Part shown: positions 22,902 through 31,837 of the stretch, piece by piece
Position numbering within the stretch: the stretch's first letter is position 1
Layout of the letters: each line of letters opens with the position of its first letter
Source: Candidatus Nanoarchaeia archaeon
GTDB taxonomy: Archaea > Nanobdellota > Nanobdellia > Woesearchaeales > JANQNC01
Length of the DNA: 32,000 bases
Reading direction: 5' to 3'
Assembly: GCA_028279745.1 (NCBI GenBank)
Contig: JANQNC010000001.1
Coordinates: forward strand, 420,001 to 452,000
Notes under the pieces: model-generated
What the model was told of the DNA's origin: nothing
What the model saw: the letters and a program-made list of their open reading frames with translations, nothing else
Databases searched by the model: none
Translations under genes and position numbers: made by a program

Positions 22902-23671
22902 TAAAAATAGGACCTGCAGGATCAGGCTTGGGAAATGAAGAAGGGATAAAAGAGGTAGCTAGCAAAGGATTAGATGCAGTTGAGATAGAATTTGTTTATG
23001 GTGTTAGGATGTCATTAGACGCAGCAAAAAAACTGGGAGAGGCAGCTAAAGAGAACAAGATCCATCTTAGTATACACGCACCTTATTATATCAATCTGGC
23101 ATCAAAAGAAAAAGAAAAGATTGGAGCAAGTAGAACAAGAATATTACAAAGTTGTGCAAGAGGAGATCTATTCTTTTGGGATAAAAAAGTGCCAATAGTA
23201 TTCCATGCAGGGTTTTTCATGGGAAGAGATAAAGAAGAAGTATATCAAATCATCAAAGAGCAGATTCTAAAATTACAAGAAGAGATCAAGAAAAAAAAGT
23301 GGAATGTGATATTGTGTCCAGAAGTTACAGGCAAAAAAACACAGTTTGGAAGTCTAGATGAGTTACTAAGATTAATGAAAGAGACCAAGTGCGGGATATG
23401 TGTGGATTTCTCACACCTTAAAGCAAGAGAAAGTGGAAATATAGATTATGAAGAAGTCATGAAAAAACTAAAAAAGGTAAAACATGTGCATGCACACTTT
23501 TCAGGAATTGAGTACGGAGAGAAAGGAGAGATAAGACACCTGATGACAGAAACAAAAGACATCAAAGAATTAATCGGATTGTTGAAAAAATACAAAATTG
23601 ACGTTACAATAATCAATGAAAGCCCAGACCCAATGGGAGATAGTCTAAAGACAAAGAAAATATTGGGATAA
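22898..23671 (+). CDS. endonuclease IV-like TIM-barrel protein (AP endonuclease family 2)
   Basis: HAPYYINLAS, VFHAG, CPEVTG, CVDFSHL and HAHFSGIEY follow the metal-ligand strand-end pattern of Nfo-like enzymes. ATGA overlap with the antiporter stop. Confidence 0.6.
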   Translation: MIKIGPAGSGLGNEEGIKEVASKGLDAVEIEFVYGVRMSLDAAKKLGEAAKENKIHLSIHAPYYINLASKEKEKIGASRTRILQSCARGDLFFWDKKVPIVFHAGFFMGRDKEEVYQIIKEQILKLQEEIKKKKWNVILCPEVTGKKTQFGSLDELLRLMKETKCGICVDFSHLKARESGNIDYEEVMKKLKKVKHVHAHFSGIEYGEKGEIRHLMTETKDIKELIGLLKKYKIDVTIINESPDPMGDSLKTKKILG

Positions 23672-23838
23672 ATAAAATTCTTTAGAAAAAATAACGATAT
23701 ATGTTATTTATCAAAAACATATGTTTGTATTTTTTAAAGCAGATTTGTATCAAACTAACAATATTTGCGTTTTTGGTATAGATATTAGCGGAATATGCCC
23801 GCTAAGCTTTATAAACAAAACAATAACTCTAACCTCAG

Positions 23839-24237
23839 ATGGAACAAGTTATACTAGACACAAACTTTCTGATGATCCCTTTCCAGTTCAAGGTAGACAT
23901 ATTTCAAGAGTTAGAGAGAATAATGGAAACACCTTACGAAGTATGCATACTAGACAAAACAATTGATGAACTAGACAACATAATAGACAAACAGAAGGGA
24001 AAACACAGAGATATGGCTAAAATGGCCAAAAAACTAGTGGAAAACAAGAATATATGTATATTAAAAACAGATAAGCTTAAAAATGTTGACCAAATCCTGC
24101 TAGAAAAAGCCGAGAAAAATAGCTTTATAACTGCCACACAAGATATAGAGCTCAAACAAAGGCTAAAACAGAAAAAAATCAAGATCATAGTATTGAGACA
24201 GAAAAAATATCTAAAAATAGAGGCAGGCGGAAAATGA
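23839..24237 (+). CDS. PIN-domain protein (Fcf1/Utp24-like, COG1412 type)
   Basis: ILDTNFLM N-terminal acidic PIN motif and FITATQDIELKQRL C-terminal motif. Conserved archaeal position next to rpoE/spt4/S24e/S27ae. TTTATAAA (23808-23815) is centred 27 nt upstream of the ATG. Confidence 0.75.
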   Translation: MEQVILDTNFLMIPFQFKVDIFQELERIMETPYEVCILDKTIDELDNIIDKQKGKHRDMAKMAKKLVENKNICILKTDKLKNVDQILLEKAEKNSFITATQDIELKQRLKQKKIKIIVLRQKKYLKIEAGGK

Positions 24238-24246
24238 AATTTTCCG
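24228..24246 (+). other. inverted repeat CGGAAAAT-GAA-ATTTTCCG spanning the PIN gene stop codon (hairpin or protein site)
   Basis: 8-bp arms at 24228-24235 and 24239-24246. The TGA stop (24235-24237) sits at the arm-loop junction. No T-run follows directly. Confidence 0.3.
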
Positions 24247-24271
24247 GACCTCTGAACGAGGCATAAAAAAA

Positions 24272-24832
24272 ATGTTCTACCGAACCGAAATAAAAGACCA
24301 CATAAGAGTTCCGCCAGAAGACTTCGACGCAGAACTAGAAGAAGCAGTAGTAAAAAATATCAAGAAGAAGTATGACGGATACATCGACAAAGACATAGGA
24401 ATAGTTATTGACGTTCCAGGGGTAAAAGAAGTGGGTGAAGGCATAATTATACCCGGCGATGGAGCAAGCTACTACAATACTACATTCGAACTAATGGTAT
24501 TTAAGCCAGAACTACAAGAAGTGGTTGTGGGAAAGATAAAAGACATTGCAGAATTTGGTGCATTTATAGGACTAGGACCAATAGAAGGAATGATCCACGT
24601 TTCACAAACAATGGACGACTTTGTGAGTTTTGCAAAAGACAAAGTTTTAGCAGGAAAAGACTCCAGAAGAACATTAAAAGTTGGAGACAACTGCAGAGCA
24701 AGAATAATCGCAGTGAGTTACAAAGACATAAACAATCCAAAGTTAGGACTTACAATGAGACAGCCTAAGTTAGGCAAACTGGAATGGTTAAAAGAGGACG
24801 GTGAGAAAAAACCGGCAGCTAAGAAAAAATAA
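24272..24832 (+). CDS. rpoE: DNA-directed RNA polymerase subunit Rpo7/E'
   Basis: MFYRTEIKDHIRVPPEDF...S1-like domain VVVGKIKDIAEFGAFIGLGPIEGMIHVSQ. 186 aa. Confidence 0.9.
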   Translation: MFYRTEIKDHIRVPPEDFDAELEEAVVKNIKKKYDGYIDKDIGIVIDVPGVKEVGEGIIIPGDGASYYNTTFELMVFKPELQEVVVGKIKDIAEFGAFIGLGPIEGMIHVSQTMDDFVSFAKDKVLAGKDSRRTLKVGDNCRARIIAVSYKDINNPKLGLTMRQPKLGKLEWLKEDGEKKPAAKKK

Positions 24833-24842
24833 GGTGTAGACG

Positions 24843-25028
24843 ATGAAAAAAAGAGCATGCAAATCATGTAAAGCATTCACAGACAAAGATACTTGCCCAG
24901 TATGCAACGGGAAAAAGTTTGCAACAACATGGCAAGGAAGAATCACAATCCTAGACGAAGAAAAAAGCGACATCGCAAAAAAGATAGGAATGGAGAAAAA
25001 AGGAGAATACGCAATAAAGGTAAGATAA
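24843..25028 (+). CDS. spt4: transcription elongation factor Spt4 (RpoE'')
   Basis: 61 aa. CKSC...CPVC zinc ribbon followed by TTWQGRITILD. Conserved position after Rpo7. Confidence 0.85.
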   Translation: MKKRACKSCKAFTDKDTCPVCNGKKFATTWQGRITILDEEKSDIAKKIGMEKKGEYAIKVR

Positions 25029-25029
25029 A

Positions 25030-25419
25030 ATGAGCATAGAGATACAATCACAAGAAAAAAAACCACTATTACTACGAGAAGAGATAAAAGCAGCAGCAAC
25101 ATTCAAAGGAGCAACACCATCAAGACAAGACGTAAAAAAAGAAATCGCTTCTAAACTAAAAAAAGACGAAAAACTAGTAGTTGTAAAAAACATAATCACA
25201 AAATACGGAGAAGAAAAAGCAGAAATCATCGCTCACGTATATGAAAATGAAAAAGATCTGCAAGAAATAGAACAAGAAAGCACAATCAAAAGAAACACAC
25301 CTAAAAAAGCAGAAGGTGAAGAAGCTGCAGCTGAAGCACCAGCAGAGGAAAAAGCTGAGGAGAAACCAGCAGAGGAAGCTAAAGAAGAAGCACCTGCTGA
25401 AGAAAAGAAAGAAGAATAA
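25030..25419 (+). CDS. rps24e: 30S ribosomal protein S24e with an A/E/K/P-rich C-terminal tail
   Basis: KKPLLLREEIKAAATFKGATPSRQDVKKEIA...AHVYENEKDLQEIE...IKRN fits S24e. Residues of about 91-129 are a low-complexity tail. Confidence 0.9.
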   Translation: MSIEIQSQEKKPLLLREEIKAAATFKGATPSRQDVKKEIASKLKKDEKLVVVKNIITKYGEEKAEIIAHVYENEKDLQEIEQESTIKRNTPKKAEGEEAAAEAPAEEKAEEKPAEEAKEEAPAEEKKEE

Positions 25420-25434
25420 TCAAGGTAATCAAAA

Positions 25435-25632
25435 ATGGGAGATAAAAAAGAAGTAAAAAACAAAAGACCAACAGTGATCTGGGAAAAATACAAAGTAGAA
25501 GGCGACAAGGTCGAACGAAATAACAAATACTGCCCTAAATGCGGTGATGGATACTTAATGGCAGAACACAAAGACAGAGTTTACTGTGGGAAGTGCCATT
25601 ACACCGAGATGAAAGGGAAAGATAAAGAATAA
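25435..25632 (+). CDS. rps27ae: 30S ribosomal protein S27ae
   Basis: 65 aa. CPKCGDG...CGKC zinc ribbon and the conserved S24e-S27ae order. Confidence 0.9.
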   Translation: MGDKKEVKNKRPTVIWEKYKVEGDKVERNNKYCPKCGDGYLMAEHKDRVYCGKCHYTEMKGKDKE

Positions 25633-25689
25633 TTCTTTCATTTTTATTTTTGTTAGAAATCAAAAACTAATTTTAACTCAATCTAGAAA

Positions 25690-26565
25690 TTATTTCTTAC
25701 CTTGCAATGCAATTAAATCTGCAGTTGTAAGTTTCTTGCCTGTTTTAAGTTTCTCTTCAGCTTCTTTGCCTTTCTCGGCAATCAGCTCAGACTCTTTTTT
25801 CTTTTTCTTCTTGACTTTTTCAGCCTTAATCTCACCAAGCTCTTTACCGAACTCGTTAGCTTCAGTCAATTTCTCTTTTAACTTATCGTTAAGCTTGTTG
25901 AACTCTTCCTTAAACTTAAAGAACTTCTTATAAGCTTCATCCTCTTTTAGTTTCAGCTCATCAACTTCTTTTGACAATGAAAGAACAAGTTCGTGCTGCT
26001 CTTGACTTTCAGTAGCCTCAGTCTGGATGTTTTTGTGTACAGAATCTGCCTTATTCTTAGCTTCCCTTATCTTCTTGTTAAGTTCGCTAATCTTCTCCCA
26101 AACATCACTAACCTTCTTAACCTCGTTATACTGCTTCTTCAAATCTTTAATCTGCTTCATGAGCTTCTTTTCAGCCTCAAGCTTCAAAGCTTCAGTCTCC
26201 ATCCGGGTCTCTAATTTCTCAATATCTTCCTTAAGCCGTTCAGGATTTCCTTTAATCTTATACTTACTGATTATCTTTTCTTTCTCATCCTTAAGAGTTT
26301 TAACTTCATTCAAAAGAGCGTTAACTTCTTTGTTATATTTATCTCTCTCCCCCTTCTCAGTCTTAACCTTGCTGGTGGATTTGTCTCTCTTCTTCTTAGA
26401 ACTCTTAACATCAGAGATAATAGAAACTATCTTCTTCTTGAAATCTTCCTTCTTCTTAAACCAAGCTTCTTTCTGGTCATTAACCTGATTAAGCTCTTTC
26501 TTAAGATCAGAAATCTCAGTTCTCAGTTCGTCAAACTTCTTACGAAGCTGTTGGTTATCTGGCAT
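25690..26565 (-). CDS. long coiled-coil protein (archaeal COG1340-like)
   Basis: 291 aa from ATG 26565 (the ORF-track start at 26577 is a GTG). Almost entirely heptad-rich K/E sequence. Family assignment is from memory of archaeal coiled-coil proteins and is tentative. Confidence 0.55.
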   Translation of the reverse strand: MPDNQQLRKKFDELRTEISDLKKELNQVNDQKEAWFKKKEDFKKKIVSIISDVKSSKKKRDKSTSKVKTEKGERDKYNKEVNALLNEVKTLKDEKEKIISKYKIKGNPERLKEDIEKLETRMETEALKLEAEKKLMKQIKDLKKQYNEVKKVSDVWEKISELNKKIREAKNKADSVHKNIQTEATESQEQHELVLSLSKEVDELKLKEDEAYKKFFKFKEEFNKLNDKLKEKLTEANEFGKELGEIKAEKVKKKKKKESELIAEKGKEAEEKLKTGKKLTTADLIALQGKK

Positions 26566-26644
26566 TTGTCCACTCACGTTTTAAATTTAAAAAAGTTAAA
26601 AATTGAGATTCTTACGAACCCCCTTCTAAAGTCAAAAGTTGATT

Positions 26645-26962
26645 TTATCCGAACAGACTGCCTAAACCAGCAGCAGCTTCTTCTTCAGATTTTTTCTCTT
26701 CTTCTTCCTTTTTCTCTTCTTTAGCTTCTCCACCTTCAGCAGGCGCAGCACCAGCAGCAGCTGCAGGCGCAGCGGCAGCAACAGGTACAGCAGCAGATTC
26801 GATAGCTTTCTCGATGTCAACACCGTCTAGAGCAGCTACTAAAGCCTTAACTCTTGTGTCGTCCACCTGAACGCCAGCAGCTTCTAAAACTTTCTTAACA
26901 GAAGCTTCATCTACTTTACCTCCAGCTTTGTGGATTAGCATTGCTGCATACACATATTCCAT
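26645..26962 (-). CDS. rpl12: 50S ribosomal stalk protein P1 (L12)
   Basis: [17 protein letters not shown]..., an Ala/Pro hinge, an acidic tail and the terminal GLGSLFG. GGAGG lies 8 nt upstream of ATG 26962, favouring it over ATG 26977. Confidence 0.9.
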   Translation of the reverse strand: MEYVYAAMLIHKAGGKVDEASVKKVLEAAGVQVDDTRVKALVAALDGVDIEKAIESAAVPVAAAAPAAAAGAAPAEGGEAKEEKKEEEEKKSEEEAAAGLGSLFG

Positions 26963-26990
26963 TTTGCTTTCCTCCATAATTAATTATTAT

Positions 26991-28049
26991 CTATTGATTC
27001 TCCTTTTCCTCATGCTTTGTCTCACGAGGTTCATCAGCACCACCTGCTTCAGGCTGAGTTAGAGGTGCTGTGCTTTCTTCTTTCTTTTCTTCTTTTGGTT
27101 GTTCTTCGGACTTTTCTTCTGAAGGTTCTTCCTTTTTCTCTTCTTCCTTAGGCTCTTCTTTCTTATCTTCCTCTTTAGCTTCTTCTTTAGGAACCTCATC
27201 AGTTATGTTAGCTGTTGACTTAAGTGAAAGCATCTGTCTTTCTGCTTTAGTCAATAACTCTTCAGCAACAACATCTGCCATGATGTTTTGTTCTAAAGCC
27301 AAAGCCTTTGAATCTGTAAACGCTTTCTTTATCAACAACTCAGTGTTGTCTGCAGTTGGATAAGCTGCTTCAAACGCGAGGTTGAAAGCCCATCTTGAAG
27401 CTTGTGAAATGTTGTCAAGGTATTCTTGTTCATCTATTGCAAGAACTTTCTTATCGAATAAAGTGCCGTCAGCATAAACGTGAGTCAGATTAAGACCAAT
27501 CTCCATCGGCTCAATACCTAATCTTAGTAAGATTGAAGATAAGTTTTCATCAATAACATCGCCTTCTTTAGCAACAGTTGCGTCCTCTTTAATCGCAACT
27601 TTACCATCCTCAATTCCTGCTTTAAGTCCAACATTTCCTAGTTCTGAAATGATCGGACCAGGTGCGAACTGTGTAGGTCCTGCTTGAACAACAATATCTT
27701 TAGGTGCAACACTTCCTGCCTTAGCAGGCGCACTACTTTTGCTCTTATCTAAAGTCTTGTAAAGCGTAAAAGGGTTATCTGATGTAAATAATAAAGCAGG
27801 CATTCCTGCTAATTTTTCTTTTAACTCTTCAATCCCTGGTTTATCTTTAACCTGTTCAAAAGCCAGTCTGAACAATCTTTTTCTGCCCATAACTATAGTA
27901 ACAGTTTCTCTTAAAGACCCTCTCATCTTTGCCAATTGAGCTGCAGGCAAAGAAGTCATATCTAAAAGACCGACAACTTTAGCTTCAGAAATAAGCTTTG
28001 CATATTTCTTAACTGCATCCTTTTTCCAGTCAGCAACGTGAGCAGTCAT
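26991..28049 (-). CDS. rpl10: 50S ribosomal stalk protein P0 (L10)
   Basis: The N-terminal L10 domain (VADWKKDAVKKYAKLISEAKVVGLLDMTSLPAAQLAKMR) and position between L1 and P1 fit P0. The C-terminal K/E-rich tail lacks the GLGxLFG-type end. Confidence 0.9.
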   Translation of the reverse strand: MTAHVADWKKDAVKKYAKLISEAKVVGLLDMTSLPAAQLAKMRGSLRETVTIVMGRKRLFRLAFEQVKDKPGIEELKEKLAGMPALLFTSDNPFTLYKTLDKSKSSAPAKAGSVAPKDIVVQAGPTQFAPGPIISELGNVGLKAGIEDGKVAIKEDATVAKEGDVIDENLSSILLRLGIEPMEIGLNLTHVYADGTLFDKKVLAIDEQEYLDNISQASRWAFNLAFEAAYPTADNTELLIKKAFTDSKALALEQNIMADVVAEELLTKAERQMLSLKSTANITDEVPKEEAKEEDKKEEPKEEEKKEEPSEEKSEEQPKEEKKEESTAPLTQPEAGGADEPRETKHEEKENQ

Positions 28050-28702
28050 GGTTTCACCTCGATAGGTTTTCCCATGGAAGTCTTAATGTAAACCAGATTA
28101 AGGTTATTTTTCTCGTTAGGTAAATCGTGAATCAGTGCATTGTATAATGTAAGAATGTTTTCTGCAATCTCCTCATCAGGCATATCTTCTGTGCCAACTC
28201 TCATCTGAGCCATCTGCTGTGTTCTTACAACCATCCTGACAGTTTTTTGTAATCTCTCTATAAGAGGTTTTAAGTTTGCTTTAGGAGGTACAACACAACC
28301 TGCCTTAGGGTTTGGCATCTTATTCCTAGGACCTAGGATTCTACCAAATGATTGAGCGATCTTTGGCATTATATTTGCTTGAGCAACAAAGAAATCATAC
28401 TCATCAGCTAATTTCTTAACTTTTTTCTTATCTTTAGCATAATCTGCAAAACTGTCAGAGTCAACTACAAAATCCGCATTTTCAGTAGCGTTCGCTTTCA
28501 ACTCAGGGCCAACTAAAGCACAAACCTTAGTCTTCTTTCCTCTATTGAAAGGAAGATTAATGAATAAGTCAACCTGATCACTAGGCTTTTTTAGATTAAG
28601 ACCTTTCAGTGCAAATATTACATCAAATGATTGTGAGAACTTACGCTTCTTAGAAGCTTCCCTTACTTTCTTAATTTCTTCGATTAGTTGTTTTATATCC
28701 AA
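28046..28702 (-). CDS. rpl1: 50S ribosomal protein L1
   Basis: GPRNKMPNPKAGCVVPP and the overall L1 pattern. TTG start with AAGGTGG 6 nt upstream. 4-nt overlap with the P0 start. Confidence 0.9.
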   Translation of the reverse strand: MDIKQLIEEIKKVREASKKRKFSQSFDVIFALKGLNLKKPSDQVDLFINLPFNRGKKTKVCALVGPELKANATENADFVVDSDSFADYAKDKKKVKKLADEYDFFVAQANIMPKIAQSFGRILGPRNKMPNPKAGCVVPPKANLKPLIERLQKTVRMVVRTQQMAQMRVGTEDMPDEEIAENILTLYNALIHDLPNEKNNLNLVYIKTSMGKPIEVKP

Positions 28703-28801
28703 TTAAACCACCTTCTTCCCTTCTATCTCCAGGATAGTCTTTGGGAAAAGTATATGTAAGAAGTCGGCAGGGAGTATTTAAAGGTTATGGTTTTTTGTAT
28801 A

Positions 28802-29470
28802 TCACCTTAAAGACATATCAGAATAAGCATATTTTTGAGGAAGTTCACCAAATTCACAATATTCACAAGTAGGATCCAGGAAAATCCAGTCATCGTTAAC
28901 TTTGTATCTGTTATTTGCATCAGGAAGCCAAGCTTGAACCATGACATGTCTTGGAAAGAAAACAAATCTAGTCTTTATGCCGACGGACTGCAATAGGTTT
29001 GCCAATAAGATTGAATGACCATCACAATCATCCCCGCCAGAGTAAAGCATTTCAGAAGATGACATCAAATACTCCCCACTTTCACCCACATAGTTAAAAT
29101 TGTCTCTCACAAAATAAAATAACGCTTTTGAATGACATATCTTATCACTATCACAAGCAATCGTTACAACTTTATTTGCGACTTGTTTAACAACCGGCTC
29201 TTCAGGATGAAGATTAGCAAAATAACTGGATGAATTGTATGTGACTACTTCAAACTCTGCAGGCAATACTTCATCTAAACTTGGAATCTCTTTCGGACTG
29301 GGATCAAACTTTAGATGGTAGAATGGGAATATGAATATCAAGACCATTAAAGCTAGCGCAATCGCTAGGATGACTTTAATTGGACCTTTGTATTTCGATT
29401 CTTCCTCTGGAACCAGTTCATCTTCGTCCAGTTCGGGGATGTGATGTACATGATGTTTTTCTTTTTTCAT
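28802..29470 (-). CDS. membrane-anchored transglutaminase-like cysteine protease domain protein
   Basis: N-terminal TM segment (VILAIALALMVLIFIFPFY). Cys-His-Asp core in GGDDCDGHSILLANLLQSVGIKTRFV, RHVMVQAW and FLDPT. Confidence 0.75.
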   Translation of the reverse strand: MKKEKHHVHHIPELDEDELVPEEESKYKGPIKVILAIALALMVLIFIFPFYHLKFDPSPKEIPSLDEVLPAEFEVVTYNSSSYFANLHPEEPVVKQVANKVVTIACDSDKICHSKALFYFVRDNFNYVGESGEYLMSSSEMLYSGGDDCDGHSILLANLLQSVGIKTRFVFFPRHVMVQAWLPDANNRYKVNDDWIFLDPTCEYCEFGELPQKYAYSDMSLR

Positions 29471-29623
29471 TTTTTCATAAAGTGCGAATTTATGAGCACC
29501 TATATTTGCAGTTAGTTCTGTTTTTGCTTTTTATGCTTGTGTTCTTGGGTTAGTTAATGTTGGTTTTGTTTATTCTTCCTTAAATACATATGCTAGTGGT
29601 GCTCCTCTTGTTACACCTTTTTG

Positions 29624-30115
29624 CTACCTTCTTTTAACATTCTTAAACATATGAACAAAAACTTCTTGAGGCACTTCTATTCCAGCCTCAACAAAATACT
29701 TAGCATACTTGTAACCATCTTCCGCACTTGATGCAGTAAATCTTGAAATCCTCTGTAAAGTAGCTTTTGATAAAAAACCATCATTAAAACCTAAAGCAAC
29801 CTCTTTCTTACCCTTCAAAAAAGAGAAAGTCTTTGCATTAGCAACAACCTCTTTCTTTTTCCACAACTTTTCTTCCTTGACAAAACCATGATTATGTAAT
29901 TCCCACTCAGTTAAATGCTGGAGCAGTTCTTTATTTGTAACTCGTTTACCTTCTAACCCAGAAAATTTCATGAAATCAATGTTTTTGGTCTTCTTAAAAG
30001 GAAAAACTCTACCAATATACTTAACAGTTGTTTGGGATGTTTTGCCATCAACCCATTTATTTTTAACAAAATAGGCATAAACATTATTATTAACTTTTTT
30101 AGTACGGATAAACAT
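29624..30115 (-). CDS. hypothetical protein (orphan)
   Basis: 163 aa. The N-terminus MFIRTKKVNNNVYAYFVKNKWVDGKTSQTTVKYIGRV resembles a beta-hairpin motif seen at the N-termini of IS1634-type transposases and various orphan proteins (from memory). No catalytic domain is present. Confidence 0.5.
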   Translation of the reverse strand: MFIRTKKVNNNVYAYFVKNKWVDGKTSQTTVKYIGRVFPFKKTKNIDFMKFSGLEGKRVTNKELLQHLTEWELHNHGFVKEEKLWKKKEVVANAKTFSFLKGKKEVALGFNDGFLSKATLQRISRFTASSAEDGYKYAKYFVEAGIEVPQEVFVHMFKNVKRR

Positions 30116-30154
30116 GTTATACTAAAAAATAAAGAAAGACCATTATAAAACTTT

Positions 30155-31774
30155 TTATTTAATACACGATCTGACAAACTCTTTGAATAAAGGTGCAGGA
30201 TGCAATAAAGAAGATTTTAGTTCTGGATGTGCTTGAGTAGCAACAAAATACTTGTGCTTAGGAAGCTCGATAAACTCCGCTAATGTTTTGCTCTTATCCA
30301 TTCCACTAATAACCAAACCTTCTTTCTTTAAAACTTCATGGAATTGAGGATTGACCTCATACCTATGTCTATGACGTTCAGAAACAACCTTCTCCTTGTA
30401 AATCTTATTCACCTTACTATCTGGAGTGATATAAGCAGTATACGCACCAAGCCTCATAGTGCCACCTTTATCAGTAATACTTTTCTGCTCCTCTAAGATA
30501 TCAACAACAGGGAAAGGAGTCTTTGGATTAATCTCAGTGGAATTAGCCTCTTCTAGATTACATTTGTGTCTAGCAAATTCAATAACTGCAAGCTGTAACC
30601 CATAACATAATCCTAAGAAAGGAATATTGTTTTCTCTAGCATACTTAATAACTTTAATCTTGCCTTCAGTTCCTCTGCTGCCAAAACCACCAGGCACAAT
30701 AATACCATCAACACCCTCCATCTTCACTTGAACATCTTGCTCATCAAAAATATCAGTAGTTTCTAACCATTTTAGATCAACTTTACAGTTAAGGTGAGCT
30801 TCACAATGCAAGATAGACTCAATTATGCTAGCATAAGAATCCTGCAGTGCAGTATACTTACCACAGATAGCAACAGTAACTTTCTTCTTACCTTTCTTAC
30901 TCAATAGCTGATCTGTTAACTTTTCCCATTTCTTAGTATCTGGTTTTAAATTAATCTTGAATCTTTTTTCAATAGAACTTATTATGCCTTCCTTCTTGAA
31001 AACTAAAGGAATTGCGTAAACGGAAGGGACATCTACACCAGAAATAACTGCTTCTTTGTTAACGTTACAGAATCTAGCAATCTTTTCTTTAAGATGAGGT
31101 TCAATATACTCTGCGCATCTACCGATAATAACATGAGGCCTAATACCTCGCTCATTAATTTCCTTAACACTCATCTGAGTAGGTTTGGATTTTTGTTCAT
31201 TGACACCAGAAGGTATAGGGATGTAGGTTAAATGTGCAAAAAGAACACGATCATTTGTCAGTTCTTGTCTTAATTGTTTAACTGCCTCAAGATAAAGCTC
31301 GTTCTCAATGTCTCCGACAGTTCCCCCTATCTCAATAAGAACTATGTCTGCCTTTTCTTTTTTAGCAACATCATAAAATCTTCTTTTAATCTCATCAGTC
31401 ACATGAGGAATAAGTTGTACAGTCTTACCAAGATAATCTCCTCTTCTTTCTTTCTCAAGAACTTCTCGGTATACTTTACCCATGGTGATGTTCCATTCAA
31501 ACTTGGTTGTAATGTTCAAAAATCTTTCATAATGGCCAAAGTCCATATCAACTTCACCACCATCATCTAAAACAAACACTTCACCATGCTCAATAGGGTT
31601 CATAGTGCCAGGATCAACATTAAGGTAACCATCACACTTGATAGCAACAACTTTATACTGTGATGCTAAAAGGTTTCCGATGCTTGCGGCTGCAACACCC
31701 TTACCTAATCCAGAGAGAACTCCACCTGTAACAACAATAAATTTTGGAAAATTGGATTTTTTCAAAAGCTGCAT
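30155..31774 (-). CDS. pyrG: CTP synthase
   Basis: KFIVVTGGVLSGLGKG N-terminus and a C-terminal glutamine amidotransferase domain with GLCYGLQ and the HRHRYEVN motif. 539 aa. TATATAAAA (31796-31804) is centred 26 nt upstream of the ATG. Confidence 0.95.
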   Translation of the reverse strand: MQLLKKSNFPKFIVVTGGVLSGLGKGVAAASIGNLLASQYKVVAIKCDGYLNVDPGTMNPIEHGEVFVLDDGGEVDMDFGHYERFLNITTKFEWNITMGKVYREVLEKERRGDYLGKTVQLIPHVTDEIKRRFYDVAKKEKADIVLIEIGGTVGDIENELYLEAVKQLRQELTNDRVLFAHLTYIPIPSGVNEQKSKPTQMSVKEINERGIRPHVIIGRCAEYIEPHLKEKIARFCNVNKEAVISGVDVPSVYAIPLVFKKEGIISSIEKRFKINLKPDTKKWEKLTDQLLSKKGKKKVTVAICGKYTALQDSYASIIESILHCEAHLNCKVDLKWLETTDIFDEQDVQVKMEGVDGIIVPGGFGSRGTEGKIKVIKYARENNIPFLGLCYGLQLAVIEFARHKCNLEEANSTEINPKTPFPVVDILEEQKSITDKGGTMRLGAYTAYITPDSKVNKIYKEKVVSERHRHRYEVNPQFHEVLKKEGLVISGMDKSKTLAEFIELPKHKYFVATQAHPELKSSLLHPAPLFKEFVRSCIK

Positions 31775-31837
31775 CCTAAGAATGAATCTAGGAGGTATAT
31801 AAAATTTTACTGTCTGTCATAGTGATAAAAATCAGAA

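Noticed and set aside
23721-23966. 81-aa ORF upstream of and overlapping the PIN gene
   Set aside because: It covers the PIN promoter/TATA and overlaps the PIN CDS out of frame. The product has no recognisable features.
25736-26488. Several plus-strand ORFs (S/L/F-rich) inside the coiled-coil gene
   Set aside because: They are antisense readings of a K/E-rich heptad gene, a known artefact of such composition.
28703-28801. Absence of L11 upstream of L1 as an anomaly
   Set aside because: L11 is often separated from the L1-P0-P1 block in archaea (linked instead to secE/nusG), so this is not informative without the whole genome.
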